Part shown: in pieces, positions 19,421-29,947 of the stretch | Layout of the letters: each line of letters opens with the position of its first letter | Numbering within the stretch: position 1 is the first letter of the stretch | NCBI GenBank assembly: GCA_038064195.1 | Contig: JBBTTO010000002.1 | Coordinates: forward strand, 269,356-333,355 | Length of the DNA: 64,000 bases | DNA from: Patescibacteria group bacterium | GTDB lineage: Bacteria > Patescibacteriota > Microgenomatia > Levybacterales > UBA12049 | Reading direction: 5' to 3' | Notes under the pieces: generated by a model | Databases searched by the model: none | What the model was told of the DNA's origin: nothing | Seen by the model: only the letters and a program-made list of their open reading frames with translations | Made by a program: the position numbers and the translations under genes

Positions 19421-19759
19421 TTAGACGTGTTTGCTGGTAAAAAGAAGTTCAAGGGTAAGAAAAAGTCCCAGGAGTAAGACTAAAAAAAGCGGGTGAGTGA
19501 GATGAAAAAGTCGAAAGAGAAAAAAACTTGTCACGAAAATCGCGATCAGGACACCGTGTTTTCTGCTTTTTAAGAGAAAGGATGGAGTTGAGAAAGCAAA
19601 AATGACAAGCGGTATAAAAAAAAGCCAAATGAACGGAATAGCCACAAATCCAAGCGATATAGTTGCTGTAGGCTTGAGAAAGACAACAATACCGATAAGA
19701 CTCAGCAAGGAGAGGGTACTCAGGATAAGATATAAAGGATTCCTTTTTTTGCGTCGCAT
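19421..19759 (-). CDS. Hypothetical four-TM membrane protein
   Basis: Hydrophobic ORF filling the gap. Start set at ATG 19759 (MRRKKR), 7 nt after TATGCT; the ORF track starts at 19801. Confidence 0.65.
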   Translation of the reverse strand: MRRKKRNPLYLILSTLSLLSLIGIVVFLKPTATISLGFVAIPFIWLFFIPLVIFAFSTPSFLLKSRKHGVLIAIFVTSFFLFRLFHLTHPLFLVLLLGLFLTLELLFTSKHV

Positions 19760-19831
19760 TGTATCAAGCATAGAGATTTTTCCCCATTCTGACAACTCCA
19801 CCAGGATTTAGATTAAGCCCCGGGGTTGACT

Positions 19832-19878
19832 CCTTCGGTAGGCTCAAGGTCAATACTGAGTTAAATCGAAGTATTGAC
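19832..19878. repeat. REP-like palindromic element (CTTCG..GCTCA / TGAG..CGAAG with GTCAATAC/GTATTGAC inverted pair)
   Basis: Interleaved inverted repeats visible in the sequence; the right end supplies the TTGAC of the hrcA -35 box. Confidence 0.5.
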
Positions 19879-19910
19879 AAAAAATAGCACTCTTGCTATC
19901 ATACTGCTAA
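19874..19910 (+). promoter_or_regulatory. hrcA operon promoter overlapped by a CIRCE-like operator
   Basis: TTGACA(19874-79)-17-TATCAT(19897-902) with a TGn extension. ATAGCACTC-N9-TACTGCTAA (19884-19910) compares with the consensus TTAGCACTC-N9-GAGTGCTAA. Confidence 0.8.
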
Positions 19911-19927
19911 CTCTTTTCGGAGACGAT

Positions 19928-20662
19928 ATGCATAATCTCACACAGAGACAAATAGAGATCCTTAAAGCAATTATCGAAGAGTATATCGAGACTGCCGATC
20001 CTGTCGGTTCTGAAACGCTTGAGAAAAAATACAATTTAAGCGCGTCTCCCGCGACTATTCGTAATGAGATGGTACACCTTTCAGAGTCAGGATATCTAAA
20101 AAAGCCACATTCTTCAGCAGGGCGCATTCCTACGCCCCAAGGCATGAAATTCTATGTGACGCAGCTGATGAAGGAGAAAGAACTCTCAACCGTTGAGGAA
20201 GTTGCTCTTAAAGAAAAGGTTTGGGATTATCGTGAGAAGATGCAGCGCTTCCTTAAAGAAGCTACCCGTTCTTTAGCAAATAAAACAGGCGCCTTAGCAG
20301 TGGCTACGACAAATGAAGGAGAGATCTTTATTTCAGGCTATTCAAATATCCTTGAAATGCCCGAATTCTATGACATTGATATTACTAAGACACTCCTTGC
20401 GGCAGTTGATGAGGATGACTACCTTTTTGATCTTTGTCGTCGTATGGCAACTGAGGGTGAGGAAATTCATGTCGTTATGGGGGATGATCTCGGAGCACGA
20501 TTGCAAGGCCCATACAGCTTTGTCTATACTCATTATGAAACACCAATGCACGGAGCAGGTGAGATAGGCGTCATCGGTCCTGTCCGTCTGAATTACACAC
20601 TCGTTGTGCCGACAGTCCGTTATTTCGGCGGACTGATTGAGTCGGTAGCGAAGGGCTGGTAA
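19928..20662 (+). CDS. hrcA: Heat-inducible transcription repressor HrcA (short form)
   Basis: ILKAIIEEYIETADPVGS, SPATIRNEM, PHSSAGRIPT and GVIGPVRLNY motifs. ATG at 19928 lies downstream of the promoter. Confidence 0.93.
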   Translation: MHNLTQRQIEILKAIIEEYIETADPVGSETLEKKYNLSASPATIRNEMVHLSESGYLKKPHSSAGRIPTPQGMKFYVTQLMKEKELSTVEEVALKEKVWDYREKMQRFLKEATRSLANKTGALAVATTNEGEIFISGYSNILEMPEFYDIDITKTLLAAVDEDDYLFDLCRRMATEGEEIHVVMGDDLGARLQGPYSFVYTHYETPMHGAGEIGVIGPVRLNYTLVVPTVRYFGGLIESVAKGW

Positions 20663-20698
20663 GCATAGTTTAGAATTAAGAATTCAGAGTTAAGAATT

Positions 20699-21199
20699 AT
20701 GGATAAGAAAAAGAAACAACAGGAAGAAGAAAGTTTGGATGTTTCAGAAGAGACAAAAGGGACAGAAGAAGTAGAGAATGATCGCTCGGAACTTGAACAA
20801 AAGTTGGAGGAATCTGAGAATAAGTATAAGAGAGCGTTAGCGGATTATCAGAACCTTGAAAAAAGAATGAAGGATGGACGCATTGAGCTCGTGACATCAG
20901 CCAACAGAGATTTGTTATTGAGATTTTTGCCGATATTAGATACATTAGTATTGGCGCAGCAGCATGCTGAGAATCCGGCATTTAAAGTAGTGATAACCCA
21001 GTTTGAGGAGACATTAAAATCAGAAGGTGCTGTAAAGATTAAGGCAATAGGAGAACAGTTTGACCCTAACTTTATGGAGGTAGTTACAACAGGAGAAGGT
21101 AGAGAAGGAATTGTTATACAAGAAGTACGCCCGGGCTACTTGCTGCATGACAGATTGCTTCGACCGGCACAGGTAATTGTGGGGAAGAAAGATAAGTAA
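20699..21199 (+). CDS. grpE: Nucleotide exchange factor GrpE
   Basis: RALADYQNLEKR, FDPNFME and GYLLHDRLLRPAQV motifs. Confidence 0.95.
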   Translation: MDKKKKQQEEESLDVSEETKGTEEVENDRSELEQKLEESENKYKRALADYQNLEKRMKDGRIELVTSANRDLLLRFLPILDTLVLAQQHAENPAFKVVITQFEETLKSEGAVKIKAIGEQFDPNFMEVVTTGEGREGIVIQEVRPGYLLHDRLLRPAQVIVGKKDK

Positions 21200-21305
21200 A
21201 TTCGAAATAAGAATTTCGAAGCTCGAAACAAATTTAAAATAATTAAATACAAAATAGTTTCGGATTTCGATATTAGATTTTCGAGTTTCTTTTGAAAAAA
21301 GTATT

Positions 21306-23195
21306 ATGGCTAAAATAATCGGTATTGATTTAGGTACAACTAACTCAGCAATGGCTGTTATGGAGGGTGGATCACCCAAAGTCATCCATTCGGCAGAAGG
21401 GCGTAATGTCGTCCCCTCAGTTGTCGATCCAAAGACTCACGTCGTAGGGGATGTCGCCAAGCGCCAGCTTGTCTTAAAGCCAAAAGAGACTGTCTTTTCA
21501 GTCAAGCGTCTTATGGGGAAGAAATTCCACGATGAGTCGGTGCAGCGTGACATGAAGTGGCTCCCATACACGGTTAAAGCAGGCAGAGACGACATGGCAG
21601 TAGTTGAGGTCAACGGGAAGACCTATACTCCTCAGGAGATTTCAGCCATGATCCTGCAAAAGATCAAGGCTGATGCAGAAGCATACTTGGGTGATAAGGT
21701 GACGGAAGCAGTGATCACGGTACCTGCTTATTTTGATGACAGTCAAAGGCAAGCGACCAAGCAGGCAGGAGAGATTGCCGGACTGGATGTTAAGCGTATT
21801 ATTAATGAGCCGACAGCTGCTGCTCTTGCTTACGGGCTTGACAAGAAAAATGCCCATATTATTGCTGTTTATGACTTGGGTGGAGGGACATTTGATGTCT
21901 CAATTTTGGAACTCGGAGAGGGAGTTTACGAGGTCAAATCAACAAACGGAGATACTCATTTGGGCGGAGACGACTTTGATCAGGTCATCATTGATTATTT
22001 AGCAGACGAATTTAATAAAGAGAATAATGTCGATCTGCGAAAAGATCCGCAGGCTCTTCAGCGTCTGAAAGAATCAGCTGAGAAGGCAAAAATCGAGCTT
22101 TCAAGCTCACAAGATGCACAAATTAACCAGCCGTTTATTACTCAAGGAGCTAACGGTCCCTTACACCTTACCCTGACACTCACCCGGGCGAAGCTTGAAC
22201 AGCTCGTTGATTCCCTTGTCCAAAAGACCCTCAAGCCGGTTGAAAAAGCACTCAAAGATGCGAATATGACAGCAAAAGACATCGATGAGATAGTTCTTGT
22301 CGGCGGTATGACACGCATGCCGAAAATCGTTGAAACAGTCTCCAAGTTTTTCGGGAAAGAGCCAAATAAATCAGTTAATCCGGATGAGGTAGTAGCAATC
22401 GGCGCAGCAGTACAGGGTGGTGTACTTTCAGGTGATGTAAAGGATGTCTTACTTCTTGATGTAACTCCTCTGACATTGGGTATTGAGACTATGGGTAGTG
22501 TGTCAACACCACTTATTACACGCAATACGACAATTCCTTCATCCAAGTCACAGGTTTTCTCAACTGCGGCTGACAACCAAACACAAGTAGAGATCAATAT
22601 CCTTCAAGGTGAACGTCCGATGGCAGCAGATAATAAGTCTCTGGGTCGCTTTATCCTGGACGGTATCCCGCCTGCACCGAGAGGCATGCCGCAAATTGAG
22701 GTAACTTTTGATATTGATGCGAGCGGAATTCTCAATGTCACTGCTAAGGACAAGGCAAGCGGGAAAGAACAGAGTATCAAAATTCAAGGGTCGACAGGAC
22801 TTTCAAAAGAGGAAGTTGAGAGAATGACTAAGGAGGCAGAACTTCATGCGGCAGAAGACGAAGAGAAAAAAGCAGCAGTTGAAGTACGAAATCAGGCTGA
22901 CTCACTCATTTTTACGGCTGAGAAATCCCTCAAAGACGCAGGGGATAAGGTCGGAGAAGATGTCAAAAAGGAAGTGGAAGAGAAAATAAAAGCTGTTAAA
23001 GATATTTTGGACTCAGGCAGTAAAGAAGATATTGAAGCAAAGACGAAAGATCTTTCGGATTCACTTATGAAAATCGGTGAAGCTATGAATAAGCAGGAAG
23101 AGACCGCGTCAGACGCGGCTGGCGCAAAAGGGACAGAAGGGGCAAAAGATTCAGACGAACCTGTTGAAGGAGAAGTAGTCGATGACGGAAAGTAG
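21306..23195 (+). CDS. dnaK: Chaperone DnaK
   Basis: [23 protein letters not shown] and NPDEVVA motifs. Confidence 0.98.
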   Translation: MAKIIGIDLGTTNSAMAVMEGGSPKVIHSAEGRNVVPSVVDPKTHVVGDVAKRQLVLKPKETVFSVKRLMGKKFHDESVQRDMKWLPYTVKAGRDDMAVVEVNGKTYTPQEISAMILQKIKADAEAYLGDKVTEAVITVPAYFDDSQRQATKQAGEIAGLDVKRIINEPTAAALAYGLDKKNAHIIAVYDLGGGTFDVSILELGEGVYEVKSTNGDTHLGGDDFDQVIIDYLADEFNKENNVDLRKDPQALQRLKESAEKAKIELSSSQDAQINQPFITQGANGPLHLTLTLTRAKLEQLVDSLVQKTLKPVEKALKDANMTAKDIDEIVLVGGMTRMPKIVETVSKFFGKEPNKSVNPDEVVAIGAAVQGGVLSGDVKDVLLLDVTPLTLGIETMGSVSTPLITRNTTIPSSKSQVFSTAADNQTQVEINILQGERPMAADNKSLGRFILDGIPPAPRGMPQIEVTFDIDASGILNVTAKDKASGKEQSIKIQGSTGLSKEEVERMTKEAELHAAEDEEKKAAVEVRNQADSLIFTAEKSLKDAGDKVGEDVKKEVEEKIKAVKDILDSGSKEDIEAKTKDLSDSLMKIGEAMNKQEETASDAAGAKGTEGAKDSDEPVEGEVVDDGK

Positions 23196-23553
23196 TCTTG
23201 ATCAAAGCGAATATGATCGTAAGTTTGACGAATTAGATAAAACTGGCCAATTTGCTGCTGAGCAAATCAGAGCAAAATTAGGTGATCGTCCGAAGTCAAC
23301 TCCATTTGCTGTTGAGCCGACCTCAGAGGATACCCCCACTCCTATTATTGAAAAGCCTGCGATAGATCCTTTCAAAGATTATACGAGCGAGCAATTAGCT
23401 GCGGCTCATGAGGCTCTTGCAAGTGGGGAGATAGATAATTTTAATGGCCTCAATCAAGCTGATATTGCGCGTGAGGTCGATAGGCGGTATGAGAAAGAGC
23501 TTAAATCCAGCAGTACTCAAGCACAAGCTGACAGGGATGACGTTGTCCGCTAG
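23182..23553 (+). CDS. Hypothetical acidic protein
   Basis: 123-aa ORF overlapping the dnaK end by 14 nt and followed by a terminator; no recognisable motif. Confidence 0.55.
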   Translation: MTESSLDQSEYDRKFDELDKTGQFAAEQIRAKLGDRPKSTPFAVEPTSEDTPTPIIEKPAIDPFKDYTSEQLAAAHEALASGEIDNFNGLNQADIAREVDRRYEKELKSSSTQAQADRDDVVR

Positions 23554-23575
23554 GTTAATTAGAAGTGATTTTAGT

Positions 23576-23600
23576 ACCTCGAGCTACTCGAGGTTTTTTT
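23576..23600 (+). terminator. Intrinsic terminator after the dnaK operon
   Basis: ACCTCGAG-CTA-CTCGAGGT hairpin followed by a T tract. Confidence 0.75.
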
Positions 23601-23657
23601 AGCAACCAGCCTTCGCCTACACGTATCTAAATGGTATAATGATGAACTAAACTAATT

Positions 23658-24545
23658 ATGGCAGCTACAAATCAAGATTATTATTCCCTCTTAGGTATCA
23701 CCAAGTCAGCAACTGCGGATGAGATAAAAAAGGCGTATCGCAAGTTAGCACTTCAATATCATCCTGACCGTAACAAGACCACGGAAGGCGAGACAAAATT
23801 CAAAGAAATTACCAAGGCCTACGAAGTTCTCTCAGATCCGCAGAAGAAGCAGACATACGATCAGTTCGGTGCGGCTGCTTTTGAGCAAGGTGGAGCAGGG
23901 GCGGGTGGACCTTTCGGAGGACAAGGGAATCCTTTTGGTGGTTTTGGTGGCGGACAGTATACATATACAACCAATGGTCAGGGGTTTGACTTCGGAGGTT
24001 TTTCTGATCCTTTTGAGATCTTTGAGCAGTTTTTTGGAGGGGCATCGCCTTTCGGGCAGAGGGCAAGGCGTCCCGTCTACTCTTTAAGCCTGACATTTAT
24101 GGAAGCAGTAAAAGGAACTGAAAAAGAAATAACAATTGATAACAAAAAACAAAAAATAAAAATTCCCGCAGGTGTGGATAGCGGGACGAGGATGCGTTTT
24201 GATACGTATGATGTTCTCTTCGATGTTGCAACAGATAAGAATTTCCAGCGTGAAGGATCAGATGTCATCACGAGTGAGGAGATATCTTTCCCGCAAGCTG
24301 CTTTAGGCATGCAACTTGAGGTAAAGACTGTCGAAGGTCAGGTAACTGTCAAAATCCCCCCCGGTACCCAACCTGATACACTGATTCGTCTGCGGGGAAA
24401 GGGAATACAGAGATTGCGCAGTAGCAGTAAGGGTGATCACTATGTGCGTATTAGGGTCACGATTCCTAAGACGTTAAGCAAACGTCAGAAGGAACTTCTC
24501 ACAGAATTCGATCAGGATACCTCACAGAAAAAAAACTGGTTTTAG
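23658..24545 (+). CDS. dnaJ: DnaJ-class chaperone lacking the zinc finger (class B/CbpA-like)
   Basis: J domain with HPD, G/F-rich region and C-terminal domain; no CxxCxGxG repeats. Confidence 0.9.
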   Translation: MAATNQDYYSLLGITKSATADEIKKAYRKLALQYHPDRNKTTEGETKFKEITKAYEVLSDPQKKQTYDQFGAAAFEQGGAGAGGPFGGQGNPFGGFGGGQYTYTTNGQGFDFGGFSDPFEIFEQFFGGASPFGQRARRPVYSLSLTFMEAVKGTEKEITIDNKKQKIKIPAGVDSGTRMRFDTYDVLFDVATDKNFQREGSDVITSEEISFPQAALGMQLEVKTVEGQVTVKIPPGTQPDTLIRLRGKGIQRLRSSSKGDHYVRIRVTIPKTLSKRQKELLTEFDQDTSQKKNWF

Positions 24546-24633
24546 TAATTTTTCTGCTACTTTCTAATTGTATTTTTATTCTATTCTCCCTATACTTTTA
24601 TTAATAAGCACCGCTTAGCGGTGTATTTGTGTT

Positions 24634-25047
24634 ATGAAAAATGTGCCTGCCCGCATATCCGGTTTTCGGAAAATAATCCAAGCAACTCTTCTTCTCGGGT
24701 TTGTGATTTTGTCTGTAGCTTCTCCCTATCAAGTTCAAGCTGACGCTCCTTCACCTTGTCCGCCGGATCAGGCCATAACAGAGGTTGGCTGTCTACCTAA
24801 AGACCCGATTCAATTCGTAAGCAGTTTTTATACAATCGGGCTGGGGCTTATCGGTGGTGTAGCGTTAATTTTTATAATCATCGGCGGCTATACGATTTTG
24901 ACCTCTCGTGGGAGCCCGACTCAAATTAATATCGGCAGAAGCTATATATTTTATGCAATTTTAGGTCTCCTCCTGGCAATTTTCGGTTATATCTTTATTG
25001 AGGTCTTTGCTATAGACATCTTGCATTTACCAGGCTTTAGTAATTAG
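24634..25047 (+). CDS. TrbC/VirB2-like pilin
   Basis: Signal peptide ending VQA, a Cys pair, then two hydrophobic helices joined by IIGGYTILTSRGSP...IFYAILGL, as in CPR VirB2-type pilins. Confidence 0.7.
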   Translation: MKNVPARISGFRKIIQATLLLGFVILSVASPYQVQADAPSPCPPDQAITEVGCLPKDPIQFVSSFYTIGLGLIGGVALIFIIIGGYTILTSRGSPTQINIGRSYIFYAILGLLLAIFGYIFIEVFAIDILHLPGFSN

Positions 25048-25048
25048 T

Positions 25049-28000
25049 ATGAAAAAATTTATAGCTGGTTTAGTCTTCCTGGCAATTGTATGTTTGGCAG
25101 CGAGTTCTTCACCTATTGTTTTTGCGGCTGATCCAATTACTACAGGAGTAACCGGATTAGGCGTGGGAGCTGCCGCGACACTACCGGCCGACGGGTCGTG
25201 GATTACAGACCCTGAGGTAACTAAGGTTGGTAAGAACGCCGCCCGGGCAGGTATGTTACTCGATTGGACATTGCGGGACTATCAATGGTCTTTTGTTAAA
25301 AATGGAGATACCAATCCCTTAATTCCTTTTTGGTTGACGATGCAGCGAATTGTCTATGCACTCTTCCTTTTTGTCGTGCTGGTCACAGCTTTTATTTTAA
25401 TTGTCACAAGAGGCAGGAGCCTGTCAGCCAGACGTTTTCTTCCCCGCTTTTTCATGGTCGTTCTTCTGGTCACGTTTTCATTTTCGCTGGTTCAATTTCT
25501 CTATCAGATTATTGATATCTTCCAAGGGTTCTTCCTTAAAAATCCTCAGGGGAATATTATCTCCTCACGTGATCTTCTCTATGTCGGATTTGACTATCAA
25601 TCTTTTCAGGGGTTACGCGTATTCGGGCAGTCTTTTGATGAGTCAGCTTTAATCTCACTCCTTCTGGTCAAACTTACGTCATTTACGTACTACGTCATGG
25701 TCATACTGCTTATTTTCAGAAAAATCATTTTGTGGTTTTTTATCATTATTTCACCCGTTTTCCCGCTGCTGCTTCTTTTTTATCCTCTGCGTAATACTGC
25801 CAAAATTTGGGTGGGGGAATTCTTCCGTTGGCTGCTCTACGCTCCGCTTTTTGCAATTTTCCTGTCAGGACTTGTTAAGTTGTGGCAGACCAGCCTGCCT
25901 CTTCTTTTTAACTTTAGTAAGGTAAGTGATCCGAGTACTGTTGTTTATCCGACCGCTGTTAACATCCTGCTGGGTGGTCCGCAGCAGCATATTTCTCAGG
26001 TAAATTCGGTTAATCTCCCCGACACATTCGCGTTGTATGTAGTGGCACTCATTATGCTCTGGACAGTAATTATTTTGCCTTTTATTCTGCTGCAAATCTT
26101 TCTTGACTACTTTATGTCTGTAAATTATCGGGATAATCCACTCCTCAAACAAGTCTATACACTCATGAATAACAGGCCGCTTATTCCTCCGCCTCTTCCT
26201 CCGGGATCTCCCGCACCTGCCGGACAGGCCGGACTTGCGAGAACCTTACCGCTTGTAAGAAGGTTTGAAGGGCCTAGGACAACAGGTCTTATGCAGTCCA
26301 TTCCGACGAGTACAAGTATCTCACAGCAGCAACAAATTACTCGTCCGGTGACAACAACGATCAGTAACCAGACGCAAGTATCCCGTTTGACAAATCTATC
26401 TATCCCGACCATGCGGGATATTGCACGCTTTGAGAAAGAAAAATTAAGCAACCGATTGGCATCCCAACAGGAAATAGAGCGTGTTAAATCGACGTTACTC
26501 CAGATTGCTAATCCCCTGAGGACTTCGACTTCAAAAGAGCGTGAGCGATATCAAAGTGTGCGTGAGCGTCTTGTGATTGAGGGGCAAAAAGGCAATCAGA
26601 CAGCCACCAACATACTCAATGCGGCAACTACTTATAATACCTATCATTCAGTCTTTAAGCCAAGTCAGAGCAGTCAGTCAAGTCAACAGTTCATTCAAAA
26701 CCTGGCAAATCCCGAGAAAATCGTTGACAAGACAGAAAAAGAGAAGATTGTCCACATTCGTGAGCAGATACAGTCTGCAGCAACTACCGGCAATGAGCTG
26801 GCAAAAGTAGTACTCAATGCCATTACTCAGACCACGACGACCAGAGTTACAAGCCTGCAGGAGACTCTCAAGGAGCTTTCCCATCCTGAGAAAGTCGTTG
26901 ATGAAAAGCAAAGAGAACAATACACTTCACTTCGCGAGAAAATCAGTCAGGCCAGCACAGCAGGTAACCCGCTCGCACAGCTGGTAGTATCCTCACTTGA
27001 GAAATCAACCTCACCCGTTGAGGTAAAAATGATTCAAACAAAACTCCTTGAAGCACAGGCAGAGGGCAACCCCTTAGCAACAGAGATTCTGACAACAGTA
27101 ACGAGTAAAGAATCAACAAGTCAGGAGCAACTTAAAGAAGTTCAGACCAAATTAGAAGAAGCAAATAGAAAAGGAGATCCGTTAGCAGCTGTTTTGCTAC
27201 CTCTTCTCACCTCACAGAGCGTAAAGCAACAAGAAGCTCCTGTCTCGGCGGCTGCCAAACTCAAGACGGGTGCGTTCCCGGTCGTGAATCGTGTTCAGCA
27301 GGTCTCACTTGACGATTATGAAGCAGTAAAAAAGATGTGGAAAGAGAATTATCAGAATCTGGAAGTCCCCCAAGACATAACTGGACAAAAAACCCGTAAA
27401 CAATGGATCACCTCAGATATTGCAGATATAGAGCAGACAATCAGCCTGCTAACCTCATCAAATCCAACTGAGGTTGAAGAAGGCATGAAACAGGTCTCAG
27501 ATATTTTGCCCTTTCTGTTGATCGGAGGCTTTTCGCAAACCGAGATTATTGCTTATCTTAAAGCGAAGATGGAGGCGGGTAAGCAAGTTGCCGAAAGTAT
27601 CGGTTCCAGAGAGGAGGAAGAAGAGACTCTCCTCAATGCCGCACATGCTGCTAAAGCTGCCACATCACATATGACAACCAGTATGCAAGTAGACGAAGAA
27701 AGTTCGTCAAGCAGCTCAGTGTCTGAATCACCTACGATTACTAATAACTTTACGACTAATAATCATTATGCAACAACAGTTATACAGCCGGTGAGTTCCT
27801 CGACCGGTACGTCTCTTCTCCACTTAGCTCAGCTTCCGCTTATTACTATGCGGGATATTGTCCAATTTGAGACAACTCAGGGTTCGGCCAAAGAAACGAC
27901 TGAAGTAAAAAAGATTCAGGCGACACTCTCCGGGATATCAAATCCCGAGCAGCTGGCTTCAAAGGAGGAACGGGATCGTTTTGTCAAACTGCGACAAGAG

Positions 28001-29872
28001 ATCGTAGCGGAGAATCGCAAAGGTAATCCACTTGCCGAGATGATCCTGGCTGCATCACTCATGAGTGTCTCGGGTAAGAAGCCTAGTACACAACTGCTGC
28101 CCAAGGGTCGGGTCCCTGTTTTGCCTAAGCAGAACAGGCTTCAACAAGTCTCCCTTGAGGATTATGAAGTGGTCAAGAAAATGTGGGAAGACAATTACAG
28201 TTTACAATCTTCCCAAGCGGGCAAGACAAAGGAAGAATGGCTGAAGGATGATCTCAGATCGATAAGTGAGACTATTAATCTGCTTTCTTCAGAGAATGAG
28301 CAGGATATCTCCCTGGGGATGGAGAAAGTCGGTGAGATACTGCCTTTCCTGTTACTCGGAGGTTTTTCCAAGCAAGAGATTGTAGGCTATCTTAAAGCTA
28401 AAATGGAGGCCGGTAAAACAGTTTTGTCCCGTGTCGAGTCAGCAACTGAAGATAATGATCTCCAACAGGTTGTGACAGGCAAACAGGTTAAGACGGTCAA
28501 TGCTGAGGCAGTCGAGCTACCTACGCCTGAATCTGAGGACGCTACTTTTGAGACAAAAGATCTTTCTCAAGACAGGGGGAGTCTGCCTGCGCAAGTGAGA
28601 CTGCCGCTTCCTTCTCTTAAAGATATAGCCGTCCTTGAAACCCACCAAGCCTCAGGATCTCAATCACTGAATGAGTTACTCCAGACACTTAGCAATATCG
28701 TTTCTCCCGAGCGGATCAAAGATAAAGAGGAGAAGGAGAGGACTACTTTATTGCGGGAGTCTCTGGTCAAGCAAGCAAATAGTGGTGATGTGATTGCACA
28801 AACTATATTAAATGCAGCACGAGGGACGGGAAGCAGTGTCAAGCAGTCATCACGAGACGATGTCAGTCAATTTTTGCTTACTCTTCGTAGCGTTTTTGAT
28901 CCATCGCTGGTTGAAAATGTGACTACCCGTCAGGACTATACCACAACGCGGGATATGCTGGCCAAAGCAAGGCAAGCAGGTTCAGACATTGCAGTTACTC
29001 TTATGCGCCTGGTCGATACTGTTTCACATGAAGAAAATGAAGCAATTATGAATATGCTTCATTTGGTAGGCAATCCCGCACAAATCGTTGACGAGAAAGA
29101 AAGAGCAAGGTACACAGAATTTCGGGGAACACTTGAAAAAGAAGCATCCCGTAGTACATTGGCTGCGATGATACTGCAAGCGACAACAGGTGATATCTCA
29201 CCTGTGAGCGCGAATAAAATACGCGTCCAGCTTCTTGAAGCAAGTATGAAACAGGAGCCTCTTGCTACGAGTATTACTAATAATTTTATTACTCTCCCCC
29301 AGTCAACCATACTTGAAGCAAGAAGTACGTATAAAGAGGTGACTAAAAAAGGAAGCAAAGATCCGCTCGTCACAGCTCTTATCCGACTTCTCAATAAACA
29401 ACCGGTAAGTAGCAAAAATAGACGCACGCTTCAATTCCCCCAACAAAACAGAACACAAAAAACGTCAGTTGATGATTATGAAGCTATAAAAAAGCTGTGG
29501 TATGAAATGTACGTTCATGGTCAGGTACCAAAAGATAGTAGTGGGGAAGAACAGACACGGGAGGAGTGGGTCGCACTGGACAAGAAAGACGTTGAGGAAG
29601 TGATTAATTTATTGTCTTCTGATAACCTTGGTAACCAACAACTAGGCATGGAGCGGGTCGGGGACATCCTGCCTTTCCTTTTGATCGGAGGCTTTTCTCA
29701 AGCTGAGGTTATTGATTACTTGAAAGCCAAAAGGGAAGCAGCGGTGATCGCTCTCCAGACATTGACTGCCAGTCAACCCGAACTGGTTGATAGGCCTTCT
29801 GAAAAAAAAGGACCGGTATTGCAAAGCGCTCAGATACAACAATCTGATACGGTCTCAGACAAAGATGAATAA
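25049..29872 (+). CDS. Giant membrane protein: TrbL/VirB6-like N-terminal TM region plus nested helical repeat tail
   Basis: About 6-7 TM helices in the first ~355 aa, including RKIILWFFIIISPVF...W..EF..W...AP; then three ~105-aa ILPFLL(I/L)GGFS repeats and 7 or more GNxLA repeats. Confidence 0.8.
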   Translation: MKKFIAGLVFLAIVCLAASSSPIVFAADPITTGVTGLGVGAAATLPADGSWITDPEVTKVGKNAARAGMLLDWTLRDYQWSFVKNGDTNPLIPFWLTMQRIVYALFLFVVLVTAFILIVTRGRSLSARRFLPRFFMVVLLVTFSFSLVQFLYQIIDIFQGFFLKNPQGNIISSRDLLYVGFDYQSFQGLRVFGQSFDESALISLLLVKLTSFTYYVMVILLIFRKIILWFFIIISPVFPLLLLFYPLRNTAKIWVGEFFRWLLYAPLFAIFLSGLVKLWQTSLPLLFNFSKVSDPSTVVYPTAVNILLGGPQQHISQVNSVNLPDTFALYVVALIMLWTVIILPFILLQIFLDYFMSVNYRDNPLLKQVYTLMNNRPLIPPPLPPGSPAPAGQAGLARTLPLVRRFEGPRTTGLMQSIPTSTSISQQQQITRPVTTTISNQTQVSRLTNLSIPTMRDIARFEKEKLSNRLASQQEIERVKSTLLQIANPLRTSTSKERERYQSVRERLVIEGQKGNQTATNILNAATTYNTYHSVFKPSQSSQSSQQFIQNLANPEKIVDKTEKEKIVHIREQIQSAATTGNELAKVVLNAITQTTTTRVTSLQETLKELSHPEKVVDEKQREQYTSLREKISQASTAGNPLAQLVVSSLEKSTSPVEVKMIQTKLLEAQAEGNPLATEILTTVTSKESTSQEQLKEVQTKLEEANRKGDPLAAVLLPLLTSQSVKQQEAPVSAAAKLKTGAFPVVNRVQQVSLDDYEAVKKMWKENYQNLEVPQDITGQKTRKQWITSDIADIEQTISLLTSSNPTEVEEGMKQVSDILPFLLIGGFSQTEIIAYLKAKMEAGKQVAESIGSREEEEETLLNAAHAAKAATSHMTTSMQVDEESSSSSSVSESPTITNNFTTNNHYATTVIQPVSSSTGTSLLHLAQLPLITMRDIVQFETTQGSAKETTEVKKIQATLSGISNPEQLASKEERDRFVKLRQEIVAENRKGNPLAEMILAASLMSVSGKKPSTQLLPKGRVPVLPKQNRLQQVSLEDYEVVKKMWEDNYSLQSSQAGKTKEEWLKDDLRSISETINLLSSENEQDISLGMEKVGEILPFLLLGGFSKQEIVGYLKAKMEAGKTVLSRVESATEDNDLQQVVTGKQVKTVNAEAVELPTPESEDATFETKDLSQDRGSLPAQVRLPLPSLKDIAVLETHQASGSQSLNELLQTLSNIVSPERIKDKEEKERTTLLRESLVKQANSGDVIAQTILNAARGTGSSVKQSSRDDVSQFLLTLRSVFDPSLVENVTTRQDYTTTRDMLAKARQAGSDIAVTLMRLVDTVSHEENEAIMNMLHLVGNPAQIVDEKERARYTEFRGTLEKEASRSTLAAMILQATTGDISPVSANKIRVQLLEASMKQEPLATSITNNFITLPQSTILEARSTYKEVTKKGSKDPLVTALIRLLNKQPVSSKNRRTLQFPQQNRTQKTSVDDYEAIKKLWYEMYVHGQVPKDSSGEEQTREEWVALDKKDVEEVINLLSSDNLGNQQLGMERVGDILPFLLIGGFSQAEVIDYLKAKREAAVIALQTLTASQPELVDRPSEKKGPVLQSAQIQQSDTVSDKDE

Positions 29873-29947
29873 AGACTTGCTCTTTTTTGGGAATTTGTAT
29901 TAAATAAAAGTGTACCCATATCGGGTGGGGGATTTTATCTATAAAAT

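Noticed and set aside
24634-29872. Conjugative element (ICE) suggested by VirB2/VirB6-like genes
   Set aside because: No VirB4, coupling protein, relaxase, integrase or att sites in the window.
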